Shown: piece after piece, positions 49,582 to 56,828 of the stretch | How positions within the stretch are numbered: the first letter of the stretch is position 1 | Layout of the letters: every line of letters starts with the position of its first letter | IMG/VR virus record: IMGVR_UViG_3300009093_000034 | Location: 62,001 to 126,000 of that record | Reading direction: 5' to 3' (one strand) | Length of the DNA: 64,000 nucleotides | Notes under the pieces: model-generated | What the model was told of the DNA's origin: nothing | The model's input: the letters and a program-made list of their open reading frames with translations, nothing else | Databases searched by the model: none | Position numbers and translations under genes: made by a program

Positions 49582-49662
49582 GCGGAAGTGACCTCAGAGC
49601 GAATGGCACAGCTCGGAGTCTTAAACACTTTGGTTTTGGGGGTTCGAGTCCCCTCTTCCGTA
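49582..49662 (+). tRNA. atypical tRNA-Leu(TAA) with extra helix and no variable arm
   Basis: Acceptor GCGGAAG/CTTCCGT+A; D loop GAATGGCACA; loop CTTAAAC. Confidence 0.8.
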
Positions 49663-49817
49663 GAAAGGTAGAGTCAAACCTTGAGGGTTAAATTCTTCAA
49701 AATGACGAAGGTTGATTTCAGCAACCACCTAATGCACAGGTCTTGGGATAAACGTGGCGCGACGATTATACCTGGGAACAGGGTAGCCCCGATGAAAAGG
49801 GACTGAATGTGCTACAT

Positions 49818-49889
49818 GCTTCCATCGACTAGCGGCTAGGTCGACTCCCTCTCAAGGAGTAAACGCGGGTTCGATTCCCGCTGGAAGTA
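49818..49889 (+). tRNA. tRNA-Glu(CTC)
   Basis: ACTCC-CTCTCAA-GGAGT. Confidence 0.9.
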
Positions 49890-49894
49890 TACAC

Positions 49895-49967
49895 GCTCTA
49901 GTCGTCTACTGGATAGGATGCCTGACTTTCAATCAGGAAGACGTGGGTTCGAATCCCACCTAGAGTA
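49895..49967 (+). tRNA. tRNA-Glu(TTC)
   Basis: CCTGA-CTTTCAA-TCAGG. Confidence 0.9.
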
Positions 49968-49973
49968 TACATA

Positions 49974-50060
49974 GGCTCGGTGGCAGAATAGTTATGCAGC
50001 GGTCTGCAAAACCGTATAGGTTTGAAAGAACCTAAGTGGGTGCAAGTCCCATCTGGGCCT
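49974..50060 (+). tRNA. tRNA-Cys(GCA) with a long variable arm
   Basis: GCGGT-CTGCAAA-ACCGT; extra hairpin TAGGTT-TGAAAG-AACCTA; U73. Confidence 0.8.
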
Positions 50061-50371
50061 CTAGGTTTGATAGAAGGGAAGCATAAGACTTCTGTATTGA
50101 GAACCTTACAAAGGAGAGTGGTGCGTATACGCGTATCGCTAATATCGTAGAGAAGGAAGTCCAATGTTTTGGTCAGCCTTCGACCTACATCACGGTCTTT
50201 GTAGATGAGAATGGTCAAGAGATTGAGCATATTGAGTCTAGAGAGATTGAAGAGTTTGAATACCGTCTTGAGGAGCAACTTTTGCTTCTTAGGATCACCC
50301 AGGAAGAACGCGAACGCCAGTTGATAAAGACTGAAGCGTTCTTCAAGGACCTTCAACAGGTCGGGTAATAG

Positions 50372-50445
50372 GCTGATGTGCATCGACTAGTAAAGTGGCC
50401 GCTCTCATAAGGCGGATTATGTGGGAGCGTTACCCACCATCAGCA
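50372..50445 (+). tRNA. tRNA-Met/Ile2(CAT), variant T loop
   Basis: GCTGATG/CATCAGC; CCGCT-CTCATAA-GGCGG; T loop AGCGTTA. Confidence 0.75.
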
Positions 50446-50534
50446 TCCCTAAAGAAAAGTCAACTGTCCCTGGCCGCGAGTTGTCGTGAGACTTCCGCAT
50501 GCCCACCATAGTTGACTTTTCTTTTTAGAAAGGA

Positions 50535-50849
50535 ATGAAAATGAAGAAATTTCTTTTGGCTGCTCTTGTAGCCATGCTTTTGTTCTCTTGTACGGGAGAG
50601 TTCAAAGAAACTGACATTGCCCCACAGTGGGCTCACAGTTCATCAACGAACTATGTTTTTACTGAACTTACCAACTACGATCGTTACAACTTTCGTGTGT
50701 ACAATTGGGTCTTGACTCCTATGAATGGTAAGGTCAAGCAGGATGCTGTTCTCTATCTTGAGAAACTTTATCCTGGAGACTCTGTTTACAACGAGAGTGA
50801 TTCTTTGATCGTGATCTCTGAAATGAAACCTATTCCGATAACCAAGTAA
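50535..50849 (+). CDS. lipoprotein
   Basis: MKKFLLAALVAMLLFSC lipobox. Confidence 0.7.
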   Translation: MKMKKFLLAALVAMLLFSCTGEFKETDIAPQWAHSSSTNYVFTELTNYDRYNFRVYNWVLTPMNGKVKQDAVLYLEKLYPGDSVYNESDSLIVISEMKPIPITK

Positions 50850-51141
50850 AAGAAACGTGTGAAAAGACTTATGGCGTCGGGAGATACACCACAACCTATG
50901 ACTACTGGAAGCGTGACCTAGAGCACGTAGCCGCCCCAAAAGAATAAAGGCAGTATCTGTCAACTACAGAGGCGGACTCAGAAGGTAGCAATGGAACTTC
51001 TAAACGACAGGTAAGATGGATAAAGGCCCTGTTTTGGAAGACAGACGGAATAATTGGCCGTCAACTTCGGTGAAAGAGATCCAGGTAAATAACCGAGGAA
51101 AAGAAGTGTGAAAAAGTTCCCCACATGTTTATATTTGAATC

Positions 51142-51441
51142 ATGAGTAAGTACTTAGTTCTTAAGGAACAACTAGAAACTATTGGGACAGGTGAGATGAC
51201 CTGTTTTGGAAATTCTATGACCCCAATTTTATCTAGTGGTTCCAGATTACTCTTTCAAAAATGTGATGACTACGAAGTTGGAGACATCGTCTTTTGTAAG
51301 ATCAAAGGACGATTCATAGATGCTCACTTGGTCACTAAGAAAGACAAAGGTTCTAAGAGATGGATGATCTCTAACAATCATGGCCATGAAAATGGTTGGA
51401 CTCATACGATCTATGGTAAGGTCGTGAAGGTGCTTAGTTAA
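51142..51441 (+). CDS. S24/S26 peptidase-like protein
   Basis: GNSMTPIL...EVGDIVFCK...AHLV. Confidence 0.7.
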   Translation: MSKYLVLKEQLETIGTGEMTCFGNSMTPILSSGSRLLFQKCDDYEVGDIVFCKIKGRFIDAHLVTKKDKGSKRWMISNNHGHENGWTHTIYGKVVKVLS

Positions 51442-51442
51442 A

Positions 51443-51981
51443 ATGGTTACTGTCTACATGTCCAAAGAAGACGAACAAATTCTAAAAGATCTCAATGAAA
51501 ACGTTGATCTAGCTACACAGGTTAGAGAAGATTTCTTAGACAAGATGCTTTTGAAGTACTCAAAGTTCAAAGACAGAGATAGGATGTATTTTGAAAATGG
51601 ACGAGTTGAAAAGTTTGAGTCTGTTCGTAGAAATAAAGATAATCCCAGGCATCTTGAACTCACATACTACTACATGAGGACAGGAAACCACGATTATCCT
51701 CTTGGTGAGGAACCAATCAAAGATCAACTCTACACCAAACAAGAACTGATTGAGAGATTGACATCCCATCTAGAGTCTCTTAAGCGATGACTCTATCTTG
51801 GCATCTTACTGATGAACAGGTTCAAAAACTAGTGGAATGGAAGAAAACTCTTTCTCCAGAACCGAGGACTGCTATAGGTGGAGCTTTTACCTATAGTTTC
51901 ACTGATACGTCTATCGGAACCGTGATCAAGGTTAAGTACTGGGATGGTCAAGAGATTGATCTCACAGACTATGATTTTTAG
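51443..51981 (+). CDS. two hypothetical proteins (51443-51790, 51787-51981)
   Basis: Coupled ORFs. Confidence 0.55.
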
Positions 51982-51996
51982 TTACTAATTTTATAC

Positions 51997-52072
51997 GCGT
52001 CGGAAACGGAGCTGGTGGCAGCCGCGCGAGCTTATATCTCGCTGTAGGAGAGTTCGATTCTCTCACGACGTA
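51997..52072 (+). tRNA. tRNA-Ile(TAT)
   Basis: GCGAG-CTTATAT-CTCGC; TTCGATT. Confidence 0.78.
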
Positions 52073-52193
52073 GAAAACAAGAAGGCCTTCACGGCGGACC
52101 AGGTCGCTCCTGGTTTGGTTTATGATCTTCGTCAGTACTGAAACGACACCGGAAAAGCTGACGAAATCTTTCTTGTGATTTTACTAACTCTCT

Positions 52194-52826
52194 ATGACAA
52201 GAGACAACGCTCGACACATGGTTTTGTCCATAGCAAATAGTATGGGGATAAAGCTCTCTTCTGAAGAGGAAGAGAAGCACATCAATGATGTCATAAAGAG
52301 CACAGATGAGTGGTTAGAGAATAATGGTCCAGATCTTCCAGAAGAGGAGATCTCAGACGAAGATGCTTTTCCCATCACTGATGTTTCTAGCGATGAGAGA
52401 AAGGTCTTGAACAGCTATAGAAACTATGGTTATGAGACTATCAATAAGTTCTTGAGGTTCGGAAACTCTGAGTCTTTGTCTCAACACAAAGACATGATTG
52501 AGTTTCGAATAGCTACGATCGATGACGTCATAGAAAGGAATCATTCCTTATCTGACGGAGTGGTCTATAGAATTGTTGAAGATGAAGGTTTTCTAAAAAG
52601 TTCGTTCACTGAACCAGCTTTTTTATCAACTTCATTTGATCACAGTTATATTGATTCACAGACGGAGAACTATGAGAACCCAGAGATTCTGGTGATTCAT
52701 GTTCCAAAAGGAACTCCGTACGCAAGAGTGGCAGAACATGCCATGGATGATTTTGAAGGTGAGGTTCTTCTTCCAAGAGGAGGAACCTTGACAAAGCAAG
52801 GAGATCATTGGAACTTTTCTTGCTAA
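52194..52826 (+). CDS. ADP-ribosyltransferase (Alt/VIP2-like, R-S-E clade)
   Basis: YRNYGYETINKFLR...VVYR...FLSTS...EGEVLLPRG. Confidence 0.9.
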   Translation: MTRDNARHMVLSIANSMGIKLSSEEEEKHINDVIKSTDEWLENNGPDLPEEEISDEDAFPITDVSSDERKVLNSYRNYGYETINKFLRFGNSESLSQHKDMIEFRIATIDDVIERNHSLSDGVVYRIVEDEGFLKSSFTEPAFLSTSFDHSYIDSQTENYENPEILVIHVPKGTPYARVAEHAMDDFEGEVLLPRGGTLTKQGDHWNFSC

Positions 52827-52869
52827 AAAGTTTTCAAAAGGATAAGATCGTGAGATATTATTCTTTACA

Positions 52870-53066
52870 AGGGCTTGTACAGTTTCGACGGCTGTTGTAA
52901 TAAGGTTCAACGAAATGCCCATGCACCCGAACGAACCTGTTCCCTTTAAACAAGGGACGTATAGCAAGCCGGACCCGATGTCAAAGTCGGCAGGTCCATT
53001 GGGATAAGGGTTCCCCGCATGACCGTACCGGGGAGTAAGAGCAAAGGTCATAAATCATGACACCCT
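52870..53066 (+). ncRNA. tmRNA-like structured RNA with no recognisable tmRNA 3' end
   Basis: Begins GGGCTTGTACAGTTTCGACGG just after a TGAGATATT promoter; hairpins and two possible pseudoknots. Confidence 0.4.
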
Positions 53067-53080
53067 GTATCTTTTATTCT

Positions 53081-53152
<72 letters not shown>

Positions 53153-53171
53153 TCTCTTTTATACTCTCACT

Positions 53172-53248
53172 ACCGAGTGAGCTCAGCTGGTTGCTGAGAC
53201 CCGTCTGATAAGCGGTTACAGGACGTGTTCGATTCACTCCACTCGGAT
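53172..53248 (+). tRNA. tRNA-Ile(GAT)
   Basis: CCCGT-CTGATAA-GCGGT; imperfect T stem. Confidence 0.65.
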
Positions 53249-53276
53249 AACTCGCGTTGGTGCTATGACTTACTTC

Positions 53277-53352
53277 GGAAAATTCGCCTAGCTGGTCAAG
53301 GCAAAATCATTTGAGATTTCTATCGCTGGTTCAACTCCAGCATTTTTCACCA
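53277..53352 (+). tRNA. degenerate tRNA-Gln-like (TTG in a 6-nt loop), encoded CCA
   Basis: GGAAAAT/ATTTTTC-A-CCA; AAATC-ATTTGA-GATTT. Confidence 0.55.
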
Positions 53353-53483
53353 CAAAACAGTTGTGGCAGAAGTTACCGAGTTACTTTGAATCAAACCAAC
53401 CAGTTCCCACGGTTAAGTAGTTGATTCCTGGAAACTTTTGAAAAAAAGTTTTCAAAAACCAAAAGCTTTGAGATATTAAATAA

Positions 53484-54050
53484 GCAAACTGACGCTGAGT
53501 CAGTTCTAAAGTTTAACTTAGTTGAGAGCAAAAACTAAGATGCGTGCTTAAAACCTTCTCCACGAAAGTGGATCCCCCCGGAAGCAGAGGCTGTTGTAGG
53601 TAACCTGAAGGCCTCCTCGATGCATCGCTCTCCCTGGAAGATCTTACGACGATCGTTGATCCTAGTAAGTTATTCTAGAACCAAGTTCGTTGAACTTGGG
53701 AGCCGGACAAGTTGGATAAGTAAACACCTAATGGTGACGCGAATCTGACTTCAGTGCACACTGAAAACCCTCCTTTGGAACCGAAACGTTCTGAAGATTC
53801 ACCCCAGGTGAGGCTGTTGTGGGTATCCTGAAGGCCTCCATCGTGCACGGTATGTCTTGGCCGCTTTTGGCGGCGCCTGAGACCTTTTAGACAGGACTCG
53901 GGGAGGTGAAAACCTGGCAGTTTATGTGAGTTCGCTATTTGCGTTGGCGCGCACCGGGAACAACCCTCGCCAAAGGGGATCTGAGTAGGAATCCAGTTAG
54001 GATCGAAAGGATAAACGTGGCTGCTTTCTCATTCCAACTCTTTGAGTTGG
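53484..54050 (+). ncRNA. candidate large ornate ncRNA (~570 nt)
   Basis: ORF-free, GC-elevated, own promoter, many hairpins, duplicated 30-nt module. Confidence 0.65.
53587..53839 (+). repeat. direct repeat GAGGCTGTTGT(A/G)GGTA(A/T)CCTGAAGGCCTCC at 53587-53616 and 53810-53839
   Basis: 28 of 30 positions identical by eye. Confidence 0.9.
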
Positions 54051-54052
54051 GG

Positions 54053-54147
54053 AACCATCTAGTGTAACGGTGGCACACCGCCTGACGATAGGTCGTAGAG
54101 ACTGACAATAAGGGGGCAGATTGAGGTTCAACTCCTCTCGATGGAAT
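54053..54147 (+). tRNA. tRNA-like element with an expanded anticodon arm
   Basis: D arm TAGTGTAACGGTGGCAC, T loop TTCAACT, CCATC/GATGG acceptor; ~20 extra nt in the anticodon region. Confidence 0.45.
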
Positions 54148-54242
54148 CAGTAGATTTTTGAGAATCAAGATCTTGCGGGGTTAAGAGGATCAACGAACTG
54201 ACGTATCATGAAATCTAGCCGCAAACGGAAAGTAGAGATGCG

Positions 54243-54315
54243 GTTCCCATCGTCTAGTCGGATAGGACACCGGCCGTGCAGGCCGGAAACACGGGTTCGA
54301 GCCCCGTTGGGGATA
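54243..54315 (+). tRNA. tRNA with Glu/Asp-like body and a TGC-centred loop (identity uncertain)
   Basis: CGTCTAGTCGGATAGGAC D arm; CCGGC-CGTGCAG-GCCGG; U3-G70. Confidence 0.6.
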
Positions 54316-54341
54316 ACGTACTAACTAAAAGTACAACACAT

Positions 54342-54411
54342 TGCGAGTTGGTGTAATAGCAGCATCAAAGTCTCATAAGCTTTAGGTCCCGTGCAATTCG
54401 GTGGCTCGCGT
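54342..54411 (+). tRNA. tRNA(CAT), variant T arm
   Basis: AAAGT-CTCATAA-GCTTT; GCGAGT/GCTCGC. Confidence 0.6.
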
Positions 54412-54574
54412 CTAACCCACAGCGGTGGAATGTCTTACTTCGGTCTAGAAAAAACAGACAGTCCGATTATTCTTGGGTTTATTTTCATATCAGGCGTGCT
54501 TCACAACGTCTCAGAAGTCTATCGTAGTGGTAGAAAGAGTGATCGGAATTGTCGTGACCGTCCTATCGACCTAC

Positions 54575-54646
54575 GGGCTGATCGTATAACGGTTATTACA
54601 GTAGCTTTGCAAGCTTCGAATCAGGGTTCGATTCCCTGTTGGTCCA
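54575..54646 (+). tRNA. tRNA-Ala(TGC)
   Basis: G3-U70, A73; loop TTTGCAA. Confidence 0.85.
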
Positions 54647-54701
54647 GTGAAGATGTATAGAAACAGATTGGTAAGAATCCGTTCTCCATTCTGATAAAAA
54701 C

Positions 54702-54776
54702 GGGTCATTAGCTCAGTCCAGTAGAGCAACTCACTTGCAATGAGAAGGTCATCGGAGCGAAGCCGATATGTATCCA
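54702..54776 (+). tRNA. tRNA-Ala(TGC), variant T loop
   Basis: CTCA-CTTGCAA-TGAG; T loop AGCGAAG. Confidence 0.7.
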
Positions 54777-54884
54777 ACAAACAAAAGAGGAAGAGTGATG
54801 AAACAGAAACTATTCCTCGGCAATCTCTAATAGCCATCCAGCTAAGAATTGTCCGAGGTTAAACAAGAAAAATTGGATAACCTT

Positions 54885-54956
54885 GGGCTCTTGGCAGATC
54901 GGTATTGCAGCTGACTTTTAATCAGTTATAGGTGGGTTCGACTCCTACAGGGCTTA
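54885..54956 (+). tRNA. tRNA-Lys(TTT)
   Basis: GCTGA-CTTTTAA-TCAGT. Confidence 0.88.
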
Positions 54957-54960
54957 TTTT

Positions 54961-55032
54961 CGGCGGCTAGCTCAATGGTAGAGCAAGAGCCTTTTAATCT
55001 CTAGGTTCAGGGTTCGAGTCCCTGGTCGCTGA
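54961..55032 (+). tRNA. tRNA-Lys(TTT)
   Basis: Canonical D and T arms; loop CTTTTAA. Confidence 0.85.
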
Positions 55033-55036
55033 TAAC

Positions 55037-55109
55037 GGACCCTTAGCTCAATAGGTAGAGCGGCAGACTCTTAATCTGTAGGTCCTCGGTTCGATTCCGA
55101 GAGGGTTCA
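55037..55109 (+). tRNA. tRNA-Lys(CTT)
   Basis: GCAGA-CTCTTAA-TCTGT. Confidence 0.92.
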
Positions 55110-55113
55110 TCAC

Positions 55114-55186
55114 GGGCAGTTGACAGAATGGGATTGTGACTGGCTCTTACCCAGTTTTTGAGGGAGTTCGATCCTCCCACTGCTCA
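55114..55186 (+). tRNA. tRNA-Lys(CTT)
   Basis: ACTGG-CTCTTAC-CCAGT. Confidence 0.82.
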
Positions 55187-55309
55187 CTAATTAGAGGTCC
55201 AGTAAATGGATGTTAGTCGTTAAACTCGATGAAGTTGGTGGTGAAGCCCAACACGGTTTTGACAATACGACTGATGCCTCTTCGGTAACGTACGCATCAG
55301 TTATCATAT

Positions 55310-55382
55310 TCTTTCGTAGCTCAGTCGGTAGAGCGGCGCACTGTTAATGCGATGGTCGGCGGTTCGAGTCCGTCCGAGGGAG
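55310..55382 (+). tRNA. tRNA-Asn(GTT)
   Basis: CGCA-CTGTTAA-TGCG; G73. Confidence 0.9.
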
Positions 55383-55436
55383 TAATTTGTTTCTGTTTGG
55401 TGAATCTTTTGAGATATTTCTATTTCAGAGGTTAAT

Positions 55437-55757
55437 ATGATCACTAACACAGTTACAGTCAAGGCTAAGTACATGAATGTAACTTGTTACTTTCTAGTTA
55501 CTGGTCAAGACGCAGCTTCTATCATTAGATCAGAACTTTTAGGAAGAAATCATTATGATAGACATTCAAGATCTTGGATGGCTTATCGTCTTGAAGGATC
55601 TAAAAGAATTCACACTACTCTTGCAAGAAAAATTTGCATTGAAGGTTATGATCTAAAGATCGAAAATGACAAAGTTTTTAGAGGAAGAGATAATACTCCA
55701 ACTAAGGATTGTTATTTTGACTTTAGAAAGGACACCTTGGAAAAGGTGATCAAATGA
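55437..55757 (+). CDS. hypothetical protein
   Basis: RBS GAGG; TGAGATATT promoter upstream. Confidence 0.6.
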   Translation: MITNTVTVKAKYMNVTCYFLVTGQDAASIIRSELLGRNHYDRHSRSWMAYRLEGSKRIHTTLARKICIEGYDLKIENDKVFRGRDNTPTKDCYFDFRKDTLEKVIK

Positions 55758-55761
55758 ACAT

Positions 55762-55837
55762 TCTGGAGAGAGCCGTTCGGTAGGCTGCCTGCCTGTTAAG
55801 CAGAGAGATCTTGTGGGTTCGAATCCCACCTCCAGAG
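55762..55837 (+). tRNA. tRNA-Asn(GTT)
   Basis: TCTGGAG/CTCCAGA; loop CTGTTAA. Confidence 0.85.
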
Positions 55838-56001
55838 TACGCTTTATATTATCATCAACTCTCTATCAAGGAGCCTTTGACATGGACGACTTTGATGATG
55901 ACTTTGATGATCTCAACATGACATCCCTTGTGGATGGCGAGTGGGACAAGAATGATCTTGTGGGTAGCGACCCATGGGAAGATGATGAAGAAGAGTAAAA
56001 T

Positions 56002-56078
56002 GCTGGGACAGCTCGGTGAAGGAGCAAGGGCCCTTTAAGCCCATAAGGTCGGTGGTTCAAGTCCATCTCCCGGCACCA
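56002..56078 (+). tRNA. tRNA-Lys(TTT) with C33, encoded CCA
   Basis: GGGC-CCTTTAA-GCCC. Confidence 0.75.
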
Positions 56079-56081
56079 TTT

Positions 56082-56152
56082 CGGCCGTTAGTTTATTAGT
56101 AGAACACTAGTCTGTCTAACTTGAGGGAGGGGAGCGTAACCCCTACGGCTGG
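56082..56152 (+). tRNA. tRNA-Asp(GTC), variant T loop
   Basis: CGGCCGT/ACGGCTG; loop CTGTCTA; T loop AGCGTAA. Confidence 0.65.
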
Positions 56153-56158
56153 TAACAT

Positions 56159-56231
56159 ACCGACGAAGATCAACAGCATGGTCGTCTCCCTGTCACGGAG
56201 AAGGAAGCGGGGGCAGCACCCGTCGTTGGTG
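56159..56231 (+). tRNA. tRNA-Asp(GTC), variant T loop
   Basis: TCTCC-CTGTCAC-GGAGA; T loop GGCAGCA; G73. Confidence 0.78.
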
Positions 56232-56258
56232 TAAAAAAGAAGCGGTGGTCGAAAGACT

Positions 56259-56329
56259 TACTTCGTAGCTCAATGGTCGAGCATTTGTCAGAAAAACAAA
56301 CCGTGCTGGTTCGATTCCAGTCGATTCCG
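56259..56329 (+). tRNA. degenerate tRNA-Phe-like (GAA)
   Basis: Good D and T arms, TTTGT-CAGAAAA-ACAAA, mismatched acceptor. Confidence 0.45.
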
Positions 56330-56382
56330 AAAGGAATTTTAGTTTTTCGAAGCGATCCCTTCTTTTATTTTAAGGATGCTGT

Positions 56383-56560
56383 CATGGGAAAGAAGAAAGC
56401 AGTCTCTAAGAACGCTCGACGTGAAGGAGCTCAAAAGCTCATGTCTCGTTGGGGTGGAGAAATCAAGATGAAGTCTGTTTTTGAAGATGGACGACTTCGC
56501 CATGAAGCTTACTGCACTGTTTCAGGAAACACGGCTAGAAAGCCACGCGACCTGATGTAA
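56383..56560 (+). CDS. small basic hypothetical protein
   Basis: MGKKKAVSK...; RBS AAGGA. Confidence 0.55.
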
Positions 56561-56721
56561 CTAGTAACCAAATCGAAGGCTGTCGGAGCTCTCCATGCAG
56601 AGGTTCGTCTTAGTCAAGTGAGGAGCTCACAACCTTGCTTGGTGAAGTTCTTTTTGGCTGGCACCTTAGAGAATGGTTAGTTGTTCTGCCAGGAACAAAT
56701 CGACCAAAAAGTGGGACACAT

Positions 56722-56792
56722 TTCGAGTTAGTTTAACGGTAAAACGCGAGCCTTTGGAACTCGCTTCGTGGGTTCGACTCCTACACTCGAAG
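56722..56792 (+). tRNA. tRNA-Gln(TTG)
   Basis: TTCGAGT/ACTCGAA; loop CTTTGGA. Confidence 0.82.
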
Positions 56793-56828
56793 TACTTTCT
56801 TACCACTAATTGTAGTAAGAGGATGAAC

